A stretch of DNA of 64,000 nt from Desulfurococcales archaeon (GTDB taxonomy: Archaea > Thermoproteota > Thermoprotei_A > Sulfolobales > Desulfurococcaceae). This document shows, one piece after another, positions 60,804-64,000 of this stretch. How positions within the stretch are numbered: the stretch's first letter is position 1; each line of letters begins with the position of its first letter. The position numbers and the translations under genes were made by a program. The stretch covers positions 125,007-189,006 of the forward strand of contig JALVYU010000007.1 in assembly GCA_027022365.1 (NCBI GenBank), written 5' to 3'. The notes under the pieces were generated by a model that did not search any database, had not been told where the DNA came from, and worked only from the letters and a program-made list of their open reading frames with translations.

Positions 60804-61091
60804 CTAGGATTTGCCGAATAATTTGCTCCTGATGAAATTTATATAGCTCTTGGAGGCGGGGACATTTGTTGCTTTAACAGCTATTGTATATAAGATCTTG
60901 ACTTCTTCCTCGGTAGCATAATCCAGTGGTATACCTTTTCTTTCATGCTTCTCCCACCTGGCATAGAGGCTATCCAGTATTTCTTGTACTGTTGGGTTAG
61001 AATAGAATGCTATTTTCCTCCCATCTTCACGGCTCTCATCAACCATTTCGATAATCTTTTTCTTCATCGACTCTATATCCACTATGATCAT
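60804..61091 (-). CDS. hypothetical protein
   Basis: 95-aa ORF overlapping the stop of the isomerase gene; LY.RWE...G.PLDYAT. Confidence 0.75.
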   Translation of the reverse strand: MIIVDIESMKKKIIEMVDESREDGRKIAFYSNPTVQEILDSLYARWEKHERKGIPLDYATEEEVKILYTIAVKATNVPASKSYINFIRSKLFGKS

Positions 61092-62092
61092 TCCTCCAGT
61101 GTCTCCTCGAACCTAATTCTACCTATTCCACCTTGTTTAATCTTTTCCAGAGCCCACCCGAACCTCTCAAGCAATATTAGTATCGCTGACTGCGGCGGTA
61201 TAACGCCTAGCTCCGTTATTATAGCGTCAATATACTCGGGCGGAGTGACATCGAATGACGGATTGAGTACACGAACATTTGGATGCGATGCAATCCAGTC
61301 AGCTGGCACTATCTCTGTAGGATCTCTGAACTCTATTGGTACGAGCTCGCCAATAACAGTTGCCGGGCTGAACTTATAGGTTTCCGCTGCTACAAATACC
61401 CTGACTCTCGCCTCATGAGCTGCGAGTGCTACTTGACTGGTACCTATTTTGTTAACAACTGCGCCGTTACTCGTAACAGTATCGGCGCCGACCACTACTT
61501 GATCAACCTCATGCATTATGTACCTTACAGCACTATCGGGTATTTGAGTCACTGGTACTCCCTCTCTTGTTAGATGCCTGAACGTTATCCTTCCCTGGAA
61601 GAAAGGCCTTGTCTCCGTGCTATAGACATGCCTTATCTTCCCCATCTTATAGGCCTCAACTATAACTGACACAGCGGCGGTACTGTGGCAATGAGTAAGT
61701 ACAACAGCATCGTCCTTGATTCTCTTTGCCCCTATTACGCCGATCTTCTTGACTGCCTCAAGGCTTTCCGCTATAAACGTGTCTGCAGCACGTATAACGG
61801 CATCTCGTAGCTCAGCAACATTTCCTTCAGCTTTCTCGAGGTGGTACATGACATAGTACACTGCGTTCGGAAGGCTAACCGCTGTAGGCCTCGTTGATAT
61901 GAGCAGGTCCGCTACTCGTGCCATGTATCTACGGAACTCGTGTGGGTCATCTGCTCCCTCGTATTTCTGTGCGGCTATTTTTAATGCTTTAGCGGCAGCT
62001 CTAGCAATACGTCCAGCTCCTCTTATACGCATGGTCTTTATGTCTTCCGCTATCTTGATTATCTCTTCTGGGATTTTCATGTACATCACCAC
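61088..62092 (-). CDS. ribose-1,5-bisphosphate isomerase
   Basis: MRIRGAG.IA, TRPTAVSLPN, THCHS (catalytic Cys), ETRP..QG, VGAD, NKIGT, NP.FDVTP. Confidence 0.93.
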   Translation of the reverse strand: MVMYMKIPEEIIKIAEDIKTMRIRGAGRIARAAAKALKIAAQKYEGADDPHEFRRYMARVADLLISTRPTAVSLPNAVYYVMYHLEKAEGNVAELRDAVIRAADTFIAESLEAVKKIGVIGAKRIKDDAVVLTHCHSTAAVSVIVEAYKMGKIRHVYSTETRPFFQGRITFRHLTREGVPVTQIPDSAVRYIMHEVDQVVVGADTVTSNGAVVNKIGTSQVALAAHEARVRVFVAAETYKFSPATVIGELVPIEFRDPTEIVPADWIASHPNVRVLNPSFDVTPPEYIDAIITELGVIPPQSAILILLERFGWALEKIKQGGIGRIRFEETLEE

Positions 62093-63036
62093 ATGTATTT
62101 CTTTTCGAGAGACTCAATTATCTCGTCTACACGAAGTATTCTCGGCGGGAAACTACCATAGATCTGCTTAAGAATTACAGGAACAGCTTGTGGAGCGAAT
62201 AAGCCTGCATCAGTTGCTATCCCATCAATATACTGTGGAGGTGTGACGTCATAAACAGGTGCTCTTGCGCGATAGTTGTCTGGAAGCGTAGCACGGACAT
62301 CAGGGCTCATTAATAGGGTCCAATCACCCTCGGGTAACTTCAATAGCTCACCATATATTGTCTCAGGGCTAAACTTGTATAGCGGTGCGATAACGTATAC
62401 TCTTACCCTGGCCTCGTTCGATGCCAGGCTCAATAAGCTACTACCAATCTTTCCAACGACGGCCCCATTCACCGCTACGGCTTCAGCACTTATGAACGCC
62501 TTTGTACAGTTCTTTACGAAGAAGCGTGCGGCAGAGTCCACGATAAGATATGTCTCGAAGCCGAGCTTATCCAGGTAGTCTGCAAGATCTATTCCTTCCA
62601 TTCCAGGCCTAGACTCCATAACATAGACCTTTACCTTTCTCCCTGTATCAGCGAGTATTTTGAAGAATCTTCTAAGGCAGACACCGCGGCTCAATGTTAT
62701 CAAGACGTCATCACGTAGTACCCTGTGAGACGCCACTCTTGCGGCTTCCCAGCATGCTTCATCGATCTTTTTCCTCAGATCTTCGATGAATGATATGAAG
62801 GAATCTTTCTCATAGTCTTTTTCTATGAGGTATTTCCCTATTTCTCGCATAATGTTCCAAGCACCAGCATTTACGGGCCTACGTTCTTTCAGCTCATCGA
62901 CTATGCCCTTATAAGCCTCGATAACGTCTTCCGGATCACCTTTTTTGGCTACGGCTTTGAATCTTTCAAGAATTAGAAACATATACTCTGTACCAGACTC
63001 TCTTCGTGAATACCCGTTCTTAATTAGTTCTTCCAT
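62086..63036 (-). CDS. eIF2B/R15Pi-family paralog with substituted catalytic residues
   Basis: ESRPGMEG, IVDSA, GKIG, DVTPP.YID; TLSRG and SAEA at the catalytic positions. Confidence 0.85.
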   Translation of the reverse strand: MEELIKNGYSRRESGTEYMFLILERFKAVAKKGDPEDVIEAYKGIVDELKERRPVNAGAWNIMREIGKYLIEKDYEKDSFISFIEDLRKKIDEACWEAARVASHRVLRDDVLITLSRGVCLRRFFKILADTGRKVKVYVMESRPGMEGIDLADYLDKLGFETYLIVDSAARFFVKNCTKAFISAEAVAVNGAVVGKIGSSLLSLASNEARVRVYVIAPLYKFSPETIYGELLKLPEGDWTLLMSPDVRATLPDNYRARAPVYDVTPPQYIDGIATDAGLFAPQAVPVILKQIYGSFPPRILRVDEIIESLEKKYMW

Positions 63037-63061
63037 CAAAAATGCTCCCCTTAAGCATAGG

Positions 63062-63976
63062 CTAACCCTCAATTCTTAATATAAATTCTGCTAGTTCACC
63101 AACCACTTTCCGGGTTTCATTCCCAGGGCCTAGCGGCAGATCATAGATTGCCATGGGTGTACCTAGAATATCCAGTACTTTTGTCGTAGTAAGAAGCATA
63201 GGTGATGAGGTATAGGTCGTCAGTACTACTGATTTCTTATATCTTTCACCATCATATACAGCTACTTTCGATGGCGCTACAACTAGCACTATTTTAGAGT
63301 CCAGCGAGCCCGGCGTCGGCGCCGCAGAATCATTATAGCTCTCAACTAATACCAAATCAAACATCCCTGATACAAGGCTCATAATAGAATCAATGGACTC
63401 ATAGATCTTTCTAGAGTCGAGTACTTTTCCGAGATAATCGGTACTTGCTTCGACGATCATTGTGTTGGGTTTTTCTCTGAACACGTCGAGGAGCTCATCC
63501 ACCGTCTTCTTCAGATATGTGTTAATTTTCTCATATGTGTCTTTGCAGAAAATATATGTTGACGCCCTTTCAAGTAAATAATCATTATTCGTTCTCCAAA
63601 CATTAGTAATTCTCGCAATAACAGCGGAGCCGATAGGATTACTCATCCTCGATACATATGTGGTGCTACGGAATCCAGGCGAAAAAGGGTCAAGAGGCAT
63701 GGTTAGAATATCAAGAGGAGAAATAGCATCAACTATATCGAGTAGCCCCAACCTCTCAGCTACAATATATGCATCATGGCCTACGAGGACGCCGAGCTCT
63801 AAAGAATGGATCACTGTGTCGTATTGGTACCATCCATTATGACCCCCTATAGGCTTGAAATAACCTATTTTGAACCCCCTATTCTTCAGCTCCTCACCCA
63901 ACATGAGGGCAAGGGTTGTTTTGCCCGAGTCATATGGTAGTAGTCCTGTAATAAGGATCTTCATCATGATCACCAT
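63062..63976 (-). CDS. predicted P-loop ATPase/GTPase (COG4028-like)
   Basis: GLLPYDSGKT, FKPIGGHN.W, ESYNDSA.P. Confidence 0.82.
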   Translation of the reverse strand: MVIMMKILITGLLPYDSGKTTLALMLGEELKNRGFKIGYFKPIGGHNGWYQYDTVIHSLELGVLVGHDAYIVAERLGLLDIVDAISPLDILTMPLDPFSPGFRSTTYVSRMSNPIGSAVIARITNVWRTNNDYLLERASTYIFCKDTYEKINTYLKKTVDELLDVFREKPNTMIVEASTDYLGKVLDSRKIYESIDSIMSLVSGMFDLVLVESYNDSAAPTPGSLDSKIVLVVAPSKVAVYDGERYKKSVVLTTYTSSPMLLTTTKVLDILGTPMAIYDLPLGPGNETRKVVGELAEFILRIEG

Positions 63977-64000
63977 GTAGCAATAGAGACGTAGACGTCA

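Noticed and set aside
1-64000. CRISPR array, IS element, intein or prophage
   Set aside because: No spaced direct repeats, transposase or integrase ORFs; ligase, Lhr and other proteins have normal lengths.

Overview
Gene-dense chromosomal window from a hyperthermophilic crenarchaeon, most consistent with Desulfurococcaceae (Staphylothermus-like). This is inferred from gene content: TBP, archaeal MAT, ATP-dependent DNA ligase, NucS, DUF2192/DUF5622-type genes, ribose-1,5-bisphosphate isomerase. Most CDSs are housekeeping, and no transposase, integrase or CRISPR array is visible. The notable content is non-coding. (1) A trans-spliced split tRNA-Lys(CUU): the 5' half (26881-26928) and 3' half (30748-30813) lie about 3.8 kb apart in permuted order on the minus strand. 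Each has its own TATA box, and they carry 16-nt complementary leader/trailer sequences that rebuild a canonical bulge-helix-bulge at position 30/31. (2) At least six box C/D sRNA genes and two H/ACA-like hairpins. (3) An unassigned ~276-nt structured element (57995-58270) closed by perfect 14-bp and 13-bp GC helices and a K-turn. The window also holds several apparent pseudo-enzymes: HMG-CoA-reductase-like, GGDEF-like, eIF2B-like, MDR-like and NRAMP-like. An Opp/Dpp ABC system has a coiled-coil-stalked binding protein and the same inserted extracellular domain in both permeases. All family and rRNA-target assignments are from motif recognition by eye and recalled consensus sequences; no searches were run.
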